Counted from the stretch's first letter, positions 18,230 to 27,836 are shown. The stretch is DNA of 64,000 nt from Candidatus Forterrea multitransposorum CG_2015-17_Forterrea_25_41 (GCA_009392915.1 CP045477.1:448001-512000); one strand, 5' to 3'. The notes: generated from the letters alone by a model not told the origin. Program-made: numbers and translations.

Positions 18230-19753
18230 CTATTCAGTTATCTCTACATCTTCAGAAGCATTTAAAGAAACATACTTTTCTCTATGTCCAAAAGGAATAA
18301 AACCAAATAACTTTCTTTGTTCTTTAACCTTTAAAACATATTCAAGTTTGCTATCTACAGAAACAAGTTCAACATTTCCAATAACATTTTCTGTTTTAAT
18401 ATTATTTTCAATTAAAACATTGTTAATTGGTTTTATTTTTCTAACCTTTTCTTGATTTGAAATATACATTTCAGTCATACTTTCATCTGTAAATACTTCA
18501 TAGTCTTCTAAAGTCTCAATTAAAACATCATCACCTTTTTCTTTTCTAAGGTCTTTTTTAGCTTCAGCATTTATTGAAACATTAGATATCTTTACTTGTT
18601 CTTGAACAATCATTCTATTTTGAAGTTTTTCTTGAGCTTTTTCTGAAAGTGTATCAATTGGAGCAAAAGCTACAACAAAATTTTCAGAAACTATTGTTTT
18701 GTAAAGAGGATCTTGACTATCAACTATTCTTCTATTAACTAAACTTACTTCAATAGAATATTTGTTATCTCTAAATTCTTTCCCAAATACTTTTTCAATT
18801 AAATCTAGATTATTTTTTATAGATACTTGATAATTATAAGTATATACTCTTCTCATTTCAGGTAATACACTATTTGCTTGATTTCTAGTAGCAACTGATG
18901 TATTTGCTGAAACTGATCCAGAACCAGAATTATTTACTTGATTTGAAGCAGAAACAGATGCTCTTACTCTTTCAATATTCTTAATAGATTCTAAATTTTG
19001 TGATGAAGAAACTTGAGTATAAACTTCAGCTTTCACAGTTGAAACATCAATTTCAGAAGATTCATTTACAGAAACACTTGAATCAATTCTTTCTGTTGGA
19101 ACTGTTATACCACCTTCACGATCTACCATTAAATAAACTACTTTATCTGATGTTGATATATCAACTAAAGGAGTCATTTTAAAAACTAAATTATATTCTT
19201 CTTTTAAAAGTTCTTTTGAAGAGATTACTCTTGCATGGATTTTTGAATTATTATAGATAAATCCAGAATTATCGTTTACAACAGGAGTAAATTTAACACT
19301 TAAACCTAATTTATTTTCAGTTACTGGAGGTTTAGGTTTTTCTATAAATTTTTCAATACCAACTTTACATTCTTGTTCAGTTTCAAAAGATCTGATATTG
19401 TTAACTCCACAACCACTTCCACATTCTACAAACTCACAAGAATATTCTATTTCAGATTCTTGATTATAATTTGTTTTAGAATCTTCTTCTTGAACATCTA
19501 CATTAGTATGAACTTCAGAAGATATTACCCACATAGGAATACAAACAGCAGGACAGATTTCATCAATATTTCCTTGAGAATTATCAATTGTATCTATATT
19601 AATATTTGCATTCATATTAAGATTAGGAGTATTATCATCAACTACAATCATTTCTGTTACATAATCTGCATTTATTGGAGGAACAGCTAAAATTCCTACA
19701 GCAAATATAAAAGCTAACAGAATAACTGAAATTATTTTTTTTATAACATTCAT
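18230..19753 (-). CDS. Secreted hypothetical protein with an N-terminal Cys-containing module
   Basis: AGGTGG SD and signal peptide (IISVILLAFIFAVGILAVPPINA). Cys cluster (CPAVCIP...CEFVECGSGCG...CK), then a Ser/Asn/Val-rich body. Confidence 0.6.
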   Translation of the reverse strand: MNVIKKIISVILLAFIFAVGILAVPPINADYVTEMIVVDDNTPNLNMNANINIDTIDNSQGNIDEICPAVCIPMWVISSEVHTNVDVQEEDSKTNYNQESEIEYSCEFVECGSGCGVNNIRSFETEQECKVGIEKFIEKPKPPVTENKLGLSVKFTPVVNDNSGFIYNNSKIHARVISSKELLKEEYNLVFKMTPLVDISTSDKVVYLMVDREGGITVPTERIDSSVSVNESSEIDVSTVKAEVYTQVSSSQNLESIKNIERVRASVSASNQVNNSGSGSVSANTSVATRNQANSVLPEMRRVYTYNYQVSIKNNLDLIEKVFGKEFRDNKYSIEVSLVNRRIVDSQDPLYKTIVSENFVVAFAPIDTLSEKAQEKLQNRMIVQEQVKISNVSINAEAKKDLRKEKGDDVLIETLEDYEVFTDESMTEMYISNQEKVRKIKPINNVLIENNIKTENVIGNVELVSVDSKLEYVLKVKEQRKLFGFIPFGHREKYVSLNASEDVEITE

Positions 19754-19985
19754 ATGTTATTACCACCTTTTTATTTTTTGTATAAAATTATATAAAAGAT
19801 TATAACTTACTTTAATTAGCCTTTTAAAAATAATTAAAGCTACATTAAGTTATAAACTACAAAATACTTATAAACTTTATTATTTAAATAGAATAGGTGA
19901 AACATTGCGAAACTTTACGAAAAATAAGCTTAAAAACCAAAGAAAACTATATAATTTTAAAAGTTTTTTAAAAATTAGATAATAA

Positions 19986-20057
19986 GCGCCCCAGGCGGGA
20001 GTCGAACCCGCCCCACAACCTTGACAGGGTCGTATCCTAACCGATAGACTACTGGGG
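19986..20057 (-). tRNA. tRNA-Asp (anticodon GUC), no encoded CCA
   Basis: Minus strand GCCCCAGTAGTCTATCGGTTAGGATACGACCCTGTCAAGGTTGTGGGGCGGGTTCGACTCCCGCCTGGGGCG. Anticodon loop is CTGTCAA. Confidence 0.9.
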
Positions 20058-20074
20058 CTTTTTGTTAAAGATTT

Positions 20075-20083
20075 TAAATTTAT
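20075..20083 (-). promoter_or_regulatory. Candidate TATA box for tRNA-Asp
   Basis: Minus-strand TATAAATTT lies about 18-26 nt upstream of the tRNA 5' end. Confidence 0.3.
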
Positions 20084-20174
20084 ACTAAATAAAATAGTTA
20101 AACTATAAATAAATTAATGCACAAAAACATTTATATTTGTATCTTCTAACAAAATTACATCTAAAAACCATGTA

Positions 20175-20777
20175 TTATTTTATCTTTTTTAAAAAATACC
20201 AAAAAGCAATAAATAACACTACAAAACCAACTAAAAAAATCATTAAAACATTAAAATAATTTAAAACTGATTTTGAAATCTCTTCTCCAAGCTTATAACC
20301 AAGAATTGTTAAAAAAGAAACCCATAAAAAAGATCCTAAAAAAGTGTAAAAAATAAAATCTTTTAAAGGCATTTTTGAAAAACCAGCAGGAATAGAAATA
20401 TACTGTCTTACAACAGGTATTAACCTTCCAAAAAAAGTTGCTGATTTACCATATTTTTTAAAAAACAATTCTGCTTTTTCTAGATGAGAAATATTTATAA
20501 AGAATATTCTTTGGTGTCTTAAAAGATATCTCCTTCCTAAATAATAACCTATAGAATAATTTATTAATGCACCAAAAACAGAACCTAAAGTTCCTAAAAG
20601 AATTACAAGAAATATATTTAAATTACCTACATATGCAAAAGCACCTGCAGGAACCATTATGATCTCTGAAGGAAAAGGAATAAATGAACTTTCAATAGTC
20701 ATTAATAAAAACACCAATAAATGTCCAACAAATCCTGTTAAATAATCAGACAAAAATAAAATCATTTCTTCAAACAT
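20175..20777 (-). CDS. DedA family membrane protein
   Basis: 200 aa. Typical DedA N-terminal region (ESSFIPFPSEIIMVPAGAFA), ..GRLIPVVRQYISIPAG.., and 4-5 TM helices. Confidence 0.8.
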   Translation of the reverse strand: MFEEMILFLSDYLTGFVGHLLVFLLMTIESSFIPFPSEIIMVPAGAFAYVGNLNIFLVILLGTLGSVFGALINYSIGYYLGRRYLLRHQRIFFINISHLEKAELFFKKYGKSATFFGRLIPVVRQYISIPAGFSKMPLKDFIFYTFLGSFLWVSFLTILGYKLGEEISKSVLNYFNVLMIFLVGFVVLFIAFWYFLKKIK

Positions 20778-20805
20778 AAGTTTTCGTCATTTCTTTTTAA
20801 GATAT

Positions 20806-21510
20806 CTAAACTATATAACTAGATACAAAAAAGATTAAAAGACTTACTGGAAGTAAAAAACATAAATAAATCCAAACTTTCTTTGAATTACTATCAATCT
20901 GTGATAAATAAATTGAAGAAATTATAACATATTCAACTAAATATACAATTGCACAATAATAACTTACAATAAACAAACTAGAATTAGAAGTTAAACCAAC
21001 AACTGAAATATCAACAATTCCAGTTAAACTTTTAACCAAAGAAATTACAACCCCTAAAATCCCAGGAACAATAAAACCACCTGCAAAAAGAATAGTGTAT
21101 TTTTGCATTAAAAGAATTGAAGTTCTTTCATCAAACAATTCTCTTGATTTTAAAAAATCTTTAACTAAATTTTTATAATCTTTAGAAGTAACTGTTCCAG
21201 TAAAAACTGAATATTCTAAAAGATCTAAAAAATTTGAAAGAAAAGAAGAATTATATTTATTTTTTAAAATATTAAACACTTCTTTAGGGGTATGCCCTTT
21301 GTTTATTTTATTTAAAATTAATTTAAATTCAGAAGATATTAATTGATTACTGGAAGATGCAAGCTTTACTAAAATTACTTTTAGATCATTTGTTTTAACA
21401 AACCCAGAGATTCTTAAAACTTCATCAATTAAAGCATCTTCAAATTTCTTTCTCTTAATACTAAAAAAATAATCTCCAAATAAGTAATTTAAATACTTCA
21501 TTAATTTCAT
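20806..21510 (-). CDS. Type IV filament platform protein, TadC/FlaJ-half-like (locus A)
   Basis: Cytoplasmic helical T2SS-F-like domain followed by 3 TM helices. Sits directly downstream of a TadB-like gene and a secretion ATPase. Confidence 0.55.
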   Translation of the reverse strand: MKLMKYLNYLFGDYFFSIKRKKFEDALIDEVLRISGFVKTNDLKVILVKLASSSNQLISSEFKLILNKINKGHTPKEVFNILKNKYNSSFLSNFLDLLEYSVFTGTVTSKDYKNLVKDFLKSRELFDERTSILLMQKYTILFAGGFIVPGILGVVISLVKSLTGIVDISVVGLTSNSSLFIVSYYCAIVYLVEYVIISSIYLSQIDSNSKKVWIYLCFLLPVSLLIFFVSSYIV

Positions 21511-21533
21511 AATTAATTAACTCTCATTTTTAT

Positions 21534-22280
21534 TTATGGAAGATTAGCTTTCATTGTTAGGAATATAAACATATCAATTATTGGAAATAAAATAACAATT
21601 ATAAAAATAACAGATAAAGGTGTAAAAGATAATTCTAAAAAATTACTACCAACTAATAAAAACATTAAAAACAAAGCAGGAACAATTGCAGAAACAACAA
21701 TATAGATTAAAGATAAAAGACTTAATTTAGTGGAATAATTTTTAATTAAATAATTTTGTTTTTCAATAATACTTGAAGATAATGTTCTTAAAGATTCAGA
21801 TTTATTTAAAGAACCAGTAGATAAAACATCTTCAATCTGATAAAAAACTCTCTTTAAATCTGAGTTTTCAACACCCACAGAAATAAAAGATTCAGAAAGA
21901 GAATAACCTAAGACATTTACTTTATATAAAACTTTTTTAATAATTTGCCCAATTAAAGAAGAATCAACTCTATTTTCTAAAGCAATTTTTAAAGAAATAT
22001 TCTTATCTAAATCATTTGCAAGGTTATTTAAGAAAAAAGGAATTTCTTTATTTATTTGTCTTTGATGATTTTGAAGCTTAATCTTGTATTTAAAAAAAAT
22101 AATAAAAAAGAACATAAAGAAAAACATAATAAATAAATTAAATAAATAACTATAAGATAAACTAATAACCACTGAATCAATTAATAAAAAAATAATTAAA
22201 ATTATTAAATAGAGAATAATAAATAACAAAAAGTTCTTTCTTGTAAATATTTCTTTCTTTAAAAAAATATAATCAATCAT
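21534..22280 (-). CDS. Type IV filament platform protein, TadB/FlaJ-half-like (locus A)
   Basis: N-terminal TMs, a T2SS-F-like helical domain (EIPFFLNNLANDLDKNISLKIALE...GYSLSESF), and C-terminal TMs. Its start overlaps the ATPase gene by 8 nt. Confidence 0.6.
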   Translation of the reverse strand: MIDYIFLKKEIFTRKNFLLFIILYLIILIIFLLIDSVVISLSYSYLFNLFIMFFFMFFFIIFFKYKIKLQNHQRQINKEIPFFLNNLANDLDKNISLKIALENRVDSSLIGQIIKKVLYKVNVLGYSLSESFISVGVENSDLKRVFYQIEDVLSTGSLNKSESLRTLSSSIIEKQNYLIKNYSTKLSLLSLIYIVVSAIVPALFLMFLLVGSNFLELSFTPLSVIFIIVILFPIIDMFIFLTMKANLP

Positions 22281-24036
22281 AATCTTTTCTAATTAATATT
22301 TCATCAATTATTTTTTCTTGTTTCTTATAAACTTTAAGATAATCTTTTTTATTTTTAATATCAAATGCAAATTTTAATTTATCATAGATTTTAATAGAAT
22401 CATTAACTTTAATTAATTTATTTTTATAAATATCAAAATAAAATAAAACATTTAAAGAAATTTTTCCATCTTTATATATAACTTCACAGATTTCAGTAAT
22501 ATTTCTTAAATCAATAGATTTACCTTTTAAATATTTATTATATCTTCTTTGAGTTATAATTAAATCAATTACACCTAAATCAGTTTCTAAAACACCATAT
22601 GACTTAAACCTTAATAGAGCTTCATTAGCACTTTGAGAATGGAAAGTTGTATATGTACCTTTTGCTTGACCACAAAGCATAGATTCAATTAAATATTTTG
22701 ATTCTTCTCTACTTCTAATTTCTCCAATAACAACTCTATCAGGTCTCATTCTTAAAGTGTTTATAACTAAACTTTCAAGATTAATTCCAATCTCAGGATT
22801 TACAAGTGTAAAAACTTTATGTTTATGAGGGATATTTATCTCTCTAACTTCTTCAACAACAACAAATCTTTCATCTAAAGGAACAAAAGAAAGTAAAGTG
22901 TTTAAAGTGGTTGTTTTTCCAGAACCAGTATTTCCAACAACAATTATATTTGAATCTGTTAAAAAACAAAGACTTAAAAAAACTAAAGCTTCTTTTGAAA
23001 CTGTATTAAAAGAGATTAAATCTTTAATTGTAAATGGTTTTTGAGAAAATTTTCTAATAGTAATACAAGCACTTTCAGTTATTGGGTTTATAACTGCATT
23101 AAGTCTTGAATTATCTTTAAGATAAGTATCTAAAATTGGATTTTTTAAAGTAATATATTTATTTGAGTGCCAAGAAAGTTTATTAATTAAATCCCTTATT
23201 ACTTGAGAAGAAGAATAAGAAAGATTACTTTCAAGCCAACCATAATATTTATGATAAACATAAAGTGATTTTCCTTCTCCAATAATTACAATTTCTTCAA
23301 GATAAGGATCTTTTAATATTTCTGTTAATGGTCCATAATTATAAAGATTATTAAAAGAAATATCTATAATATAATTAAATTGATCTTCTTCAAGCTCTAT
23401 GTTATTAACATAACAATAATCAATTAATTCTTTTTCAATATCTTCTTTTATTCTTTCAGTTGAAACTTTTTCAATATATTCTGTTCTAGTTTTATAAGAA
23501 TCTAAAATAAAGTTAATAACTTCAATTTCTTGGATTGAAAGATTTTGATGAAAAATTAAATATCTTTTAGAAGAATCTTTCATTTCAAATACATTTTTAG
23601 AAATATTTCTTAAGATTTCTTTTTTTAAATCTAAAACAACATAACCTAAATATCTATTAAGAATATATTTCTTTTCATCATCAGTAAACTCATCCATTAT
23701 CTTTAATAAAGCAGGATTATTTTTATAACAAAACATAGAAAAAGAACTTAAAGCACATAAATCACATTTATAAGCTTTATTTTTTCTTAAGATAATAGCA
23801 TTATGTGGACAAGCTTTAAGACACTCACCACACCCATCACATTTTTCAGAATCAATTGCTACAACGCCTTTAGAAACATAATAAATAGCATTTTTTTTAC
23901 AAGCTTTAATACAAGGAGCATCTTTACAATTGGTACAATTGAATACACAAGAAGAGTCTTTTTTTGTAAAATTGTAAGGACAATTTAGAAAAACATCTGT
24001 ATCTTTGATAAAATCTTCTGTTTTCTTAAGATACAT
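22273..24036 (-). CDS. FlaI/VirB11-type secretion ATPase with an N-terminal 2x[4Fe-4S] ferredoxin-like domain (locus A)
   Basis: Cys motifs CTNCKDAPCIKAC and CDGCGECLKACP (residues ~34-77). Intact Walker A VVGNTGSGKTTT (nt 22909-22938), Walker B-like RPDRVVIGEIRSREE, and His-box ..TTFHSQSA. Confidence 0.85.
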   Translation of the reverse strand: MYLKKTEDFIKDTDVFLNCPYNFTKKDSSCVFNCTNCKDAPCIKACKKNAIYYVSKGVVAIDSEKCDGCGECLKACPHNAIILRKNKAYKCDLCALSSFSMFCYKNNPALLKIMDEFTDDEKKYILNRYLGYVVLDLKKEILRNISKNVFEMKDSSKRYLIFHQNLSIQEIEVINFILDSYKTRTEYIEKVSTERIKEDIEKELIDYCYVNNIELEEDQFNYIIDISFNNLYNYGPLTEILKDPYLEEIVIIGEGKSLYVYHKYYGWLESNLSYSSSQVIRDLINKLSWHSNKYITLKNPILDTYLKDNSRLNAVINPITESACITIRKFSQKPFTIKDLISFNTVSKEALVFLSLCFLTDSNIIVVGNTGSGKTTTLNTLLSFVPLDERFVVVEEVREINIPHKHKVFTLVNPEIGINLESLVINTLRMRPDRVVIGEIRSREESKYLIESMLCGQAKGTYTTFHSQSANEALLRFKSYGVLETDLGVIDLIITQRRYNKYLKGKSIDLRNITEICEVIYKDGKISLNVLFYFDIYKNKLIKVNDSIKIYDKLKFAFDIKNKKDYLKVYKKQEKIIDEILIRKDYD

Positions 24037-24140
24037 CTATAATTTAATTATAGAATAAAAAGATTAATAAATAGATCCTAAAATCTATAAAACAGGTTTT
24101 TTAAAAAGATATTTATATCTATCTATATTTAAATATAAGT

Positions 24141-25061
24141 ATGGAAGATGAATATATTATTATTTCAACAAACAAAGAAAAAGCCCAAGCAACAACAATT
24201 GCAAATAAACTAAATCTTACACTTGGAGATATTAATATAAAACAAGTTCAAGGTTCAGAAACAAGTGTTGATGTTAAAAGTTATGTAAATTATAAAAAAG
24301 TATTTTTAATATATAACATATCTCAACCAGTAAATGAATCAATAATGCAACTTTTATTTATAGCTGATGCCATAAGAAAAGAAGGTGCTGAAAAAATATA
24401 TTTAATTACTTCTTATCTTCCTTACACTAAAATAAAATATAGAACAGAATATAAATTAAATTTTAGTTTATTTTCAAGACTTTTACAAGAAACAAATATT
24501 GATAAAATATATACTTTTGGTCTTTATTCTCCAAAAATAAGTTTTTATCTTAAAATACCTCTTTACAATGTTCCTTTAATAAATCTTTTTTCAAAAGTTA
24601 TTGAAGATAATTTCACTAAAAATAAAAATCTAATAATAACTACAATAGATTATGAAATGCAAGAAACTTCAAAAGATATTGCTAAAAAAACAAAATCAGA
24701 AGTTATTTTTCCAACAAAAGACATAATTAACAATAAAATTAAATTTAATATCTCAGGAAATGTTAATGGAAAAGATATTTTAATAATTTCAGATTCAATA
24801 TTTACTGGAGAAAACATTATTGAATATTCAAACTATTTAACACTTAAGGGTGCAAAAAACATATCAGTTATAGCAACACATGGTATTTTAGATAAAAAAG
24901 CAATACCTCTAATTGAAAAATCTGTGATTAAACAAATATATGTAATTAATCATAATTATCAAAAATCAGAAAAAATAAAAATAGTTTCAACAACTAAGAT
25001 AATTGAAGAAATTATTAAAAGAACTGTAGATAAAAAGAACCTTAAAAACGTATTAAAATGA
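24141..25061 (+). CDS. Ribose-phosphate pyrophosphokinase (Prs)-like protein, divergent at catalytic motifs
   Basis: Collinear with Prs (..PVNESIMQLLFIADAIRKEGAEKIYLITSYLPY..; ..ILIISDSIFTGENI..). The YARQDRK, DLH and KRR motifs are replaced by YTKIKYR, GLY and TKDIINNK. Confidence 0.6.
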   Translation: MEDEYIIISTNKEKAQATTIANKLNLTLGDINIKQVQGSETSVDVKSYVNYKKVFLIYNISQPVNESIMQLLFIADAIRKEGAEKIYLITSYLPYTKIKYRTEYKLNFSLFSRLLQETNIDKIYTFGLYSPKISFYLKIPLYNVPLINLFSKVIEDNFTKNKNLIITTIDYEMQETSKDIAKKTKSEVIFPTKDIINNKIKFNISGNVNGKDILIISDSIFTGENIIEYSNYLTLKGAKNISVIATHGILDKKAIPLIEKSVIKQIYVINHNYQKSEKIKIVSTTKIIEEIIKRTVDKKNLKNVLK

Positions 25062-25132
25062 TTTAAATATCTTTCTATACTATATAATATATACTTGTTT
25101 TTGTAAACAATAATTAAAGGTTGTGATGAAAA

Positions 25133-25612
25133 ATGATAAAAAGTGGAATGAAAAACCAAAATGAAAATAATGATAATTATTTAACAATTATCCTTGATGA
25201 TGGGGATGAAGTTGTTTATTGTGTAGAATCTGCTTTTAAAGAAAACTCTATCAAGAAAGCTATATTAGTTTCTGCAGATGGAAAACTAAGAGATTCAAAA
25301 ATGGCAATCTCAAGAGCAGGAAACCTAAGACAAAGAATATATTCAGAACCTTTAAAGATTAAACAAGTTTCAGGAGAATTTAATAAAATAAATGATGATT
25401 ATTTTGGAGATGTTAACATCTCTCTTGAAAAAGACCCAATCCATACTGTAAGTGGAGCTTTACTTAAAGGAATTGCAGATGGAGAAGTAACAATTAGATT
25501 TAAAATAATTAAAGATCTTGATTATCAACCTAATAATACAAAAACAATGGTTAAAGAAAAAATAATACAAGAAACTGTTAAAAAAGAACCTAAGCCTATG
25601 ATTATAGCTTAG
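25133..25612 (+). CDS. Possible PPC/DUF296-domain protein
   Basis: 159 aa. Pattern LTIILDDGDEVVYCVESAFKENSIKKAILVSADGKL... resembles the PPC domain N-terminal half. Weak call. Confidence 0.3.
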   Translation: MIKSGMKNQNENNDNYLTIILDDGDEVVYCVESAFKENSIKKAILVSADGKLRDSKMAISRAGNLRQRIYSEPLKIKQVSGEFNKINDDYFGDVNISLEKDPIHTVSGALLKGIADGEVTIRFKIIKDLDYQPNNTKTMVKEKIIQETVKKEPKPMIIA

Positions 25613-26376
25613 TTTTTTTCTATTTTTTTATATATTTTTAAAATTATTTTTCTTATATTTCTTTTTAGTTTGTTTTTAAAATTTGGATTATTCTTACAAT
25701 AGTTATAAGAATATATTATAAAAAGCAAAAAAACAATTACAAAAAAATAAACTAAAGTATAATCTTTTTCTTCTTCTTTATAGACTACTATTTTTTCTAA
25801 CCTAAAGGGAAGATAACTTTGAGAAAAATCATCTGTTAAATAACTAAAGTTTCTATCAATAATATAAAATTTATTTAAAGATTCTGAAAATACACTATTT
25901 GTTTTAATTATATCTTTTGGAAAATCATAATAAACATTTAAATCATGTAAAGAATAAGTTACAAATAAATAATCTTGATAGTCTTTTTTAGAAATTACCC
26001 TTAAATGAATTTCTTTCTTTGAAATATTTAAAGAATCGTAAAGTTGAGTATAACCAGAAATATTTAAATCTTTTTTTAAAGAAATTTCTTTTTCAGAAAT
26101 AATTTTAAGTTCTGGAAGAGAATCATATTCTTTTAATATCTGCTCATATCTTAAAGAATCATTAGCATCTATTATGGAAAAATCAATTAATGGAAAATCT
26201 AAAAGATAATTATTAAATTCATTTTTTAAAAGATTATAATCTTTTTCTAAAAGATAAAGATTACTTTCAAAATCACTTGCATAAATAAAAGGTGTAAAAA
26301 ATAAGAAGAAGATAAATATTAAGATACAAAAGTAAGATTGTTTAAATAAAGAATTAAGTAAATCTTTATTATTCAT
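25609..26376 (-). CDS. Hypothetical protein with N-terminal signal/TM and C-terminal TM
   Basis: 255-aa ORF. Its 3' end overlaps the convergent upstream gene by 4 nt. No family recognised. Confidence 0.5.
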   Translation of the reverse strand: MNNKDLLNSLFKQSYFCILIFIFFLFFTPFIYASDFESNLYLLEKDYNLLKNEFNNYLLDFPLIDFSIIDANDSLRYEQILKEYDSLPELKIISEKEISLKKDLNISGYTQLYDSLNISKKEIHLRVISKKDYQDYLFVTYSLHDLNVYYDFPKDIIKTNSVFSESLNKFYIIDRNFSYLTDDFSQSYLPFRLEKIVVYKEEEKDYTLVYFFVIVFLLFIIYSYNYCKNNPNFKNKLKRNIRKIILKIYKKIEKN

Positions 26377-26415
26377 TATAAAAATATTAGTTATTAGAAA
26401 ACTATTTAATTATTA

Positions 26416-27180
26416 CTATTTTTTAAAACCAGATATAAAAAATAAAGTTTTCTTTTCAAAAACTTTAAATAACTCAAATCCCTTAAACTCAGGAGAATAT
26501 TTAAGAAGAGAAATATTTTCTTCTAAAAACCATTTTTTAACTTCTTTGATAGTATGGTAAGACTCAAAAGGAACTAAATATCTATCATAAATAGAATTTT
26601 TTGGAGCATTCTTTAATGGTTTTAATAAAAAAGAATGATTAAAATAATAATCTAGTTTTTTAGGATCTTTTGAAAAGAAAGTATGTAGTAAAAACCTAAT
26701 AATTCTATACCTTAATCTTGCAAATTTATGATAAAGTGCAATAGTTATGACACCATTTTTTTTTAAAAGAGAAGTTAGTTTTTTAAAACCTTTAAAAGCA
26801 TCTTCTGTATGATGTAAAACCCCTATTGAAAAAATATAATCAAATGTTCCTAAATCACTTAAATCATCATTTAAAATATCTTTTTGAAAAATTTTAATAT
26901 TTAATTTTTCATCAATTACTCTCTTTCTAAGAACAGACAACTGTCCAGAAGATAGATCAATTGAAGTAACCTTTGCCCCTTTTTTTGCAAGAAAAATAGA
27001 TTTTTCTCCAGTTCCACATCCAGCATCTAGTATTTTTTTACCTCTTAGGTCTTTTAAGTCTGCTTTAGAGTAAGAAATAATACCAGAAATTAGTTTATTA
27101 TGTTTTTTTCTTTGACGATTAGTATAAAGTTTAATTAAAGGATAATTATAGTTATCATAATAATTTTTTACTTCTTTCAT
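26416..27180 (-). CDS. Class I SAM-dependent methyltransferase
   Basis: Motif I ILDAGCGTGEKSIFLAKKGAKVTSIDLS and post-I/II motifs (FDYIFSIGVLHH). Confidence 0.8.
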   Translation of the reverse strand: MKEVKNYYDNYNYPLIKLYTNRQRKKHNKLISGIISYSKADLKDLRGKKILDAGCGTGEKSIFLAKKGAKVTSIDLSSGQLSVLRKRVIDEKLNIKIFQKDILNDDLSDLGTFDYIFSIGVLHHTEDAFKGFKKLTSLLKKNGVITIALYHKFARLRYRIIRFLLHTFFSKDPKKLDYYFNHSFLLKPLKNAPKNSIYDRYLVPFESYHTIKEVKKWFLEENISLLKYSPEFKGFELFKVFEKKTLFFISGFKK

Positions 27181-27836
27181 AATTTAATCAAAGACTTTAG
27201 TTTATTTAAAGTTATTTCTTTAGTACTTTTTACAATTAAAGAAGCTTTTAATTTTTTAAAATCAGAAACTGTAGTAAATTCTGATAACACACCTACAGAT
27301 TTTAGACCAGCTCTATGAATAGAAACAATACCTTGAAGAGAATCTTCTATTCCTACACATTCATTAGATGAAAGTTTTAAAAAAGTTAAAGGATTATAAA
27401 AAGCATCTTTGTAAGGTTTATGTCTTTTAATATCTTCAGAAGTTAAAATTAAATCAAAATAATCTAAAAGATTAAATTTATTAAGTAAAAACAAAATATT
27501 TTCTTTTTCATTTGAAGAAGAAATAACAATTTTAATATTATTTTTCTTTAATGTTTTTAAAAGATTAATTATACCTGGGTTAGGTTTTATTTCTTTTAAG
27601 AAAGAATAAAAAATATCATGTTTTTCAGAAATATAATCTGAAAGCTTTATTGAAAGATTATATTTTTTATTTACATATTTTAGAAAATCTTTAGTTGTTG
27701 TTGCAAGATTTTCTTTTTGTTCTTTTTTTGTAAATTTTATATTATATTTTTTAAAAAAAAGTTCTCTAGTCTTAAGATAATATTTAGCAGAGTTAAATAA
27801 TACTCCATCAAAATCAAAAATAACAGCTTTTAACAT
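27177..27836 (-). CDS. HAD-superfamily hydrolase (beta-phosphoglucomutase-like subfamily)
   Basis: Motif I AVIFDFDGVLFNS, motif II VISSS, and a C-terminal GIEDSLQG. The stop overlaps the next gene's start by 4 nt. Confidence 0.8.
   Translation of the reverse strand: MLKAVIFDFDGVLFNSAKYYLKTRELFFKKYNIKFTKKEQKENLATTTKDFLKYVNKKYNLSIKLSDYISEKHDIFYSFLKEIKPNPGIINLLKTLKKNNIKIVISSSNEKENILFLLNKFNLLDYFDLILTSEDIKRHKPYKDAFYNPLTFLKLSSNECVGIEDSLQGIVSIHRAGLKSVGVLSEFTTVSDFKKLKASLIVKSTKEITLNKLKSLIKL

Noticed and set aside
14775-20057. tRNA-bracketed interval considered as an integrated mobile element or genomic island
   Set aside because: I saw no integrase, transposase or phage-like gene, and no obvious direct repeat of a tRNA 3' end. 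Composition does not differ visibly from the flanks.
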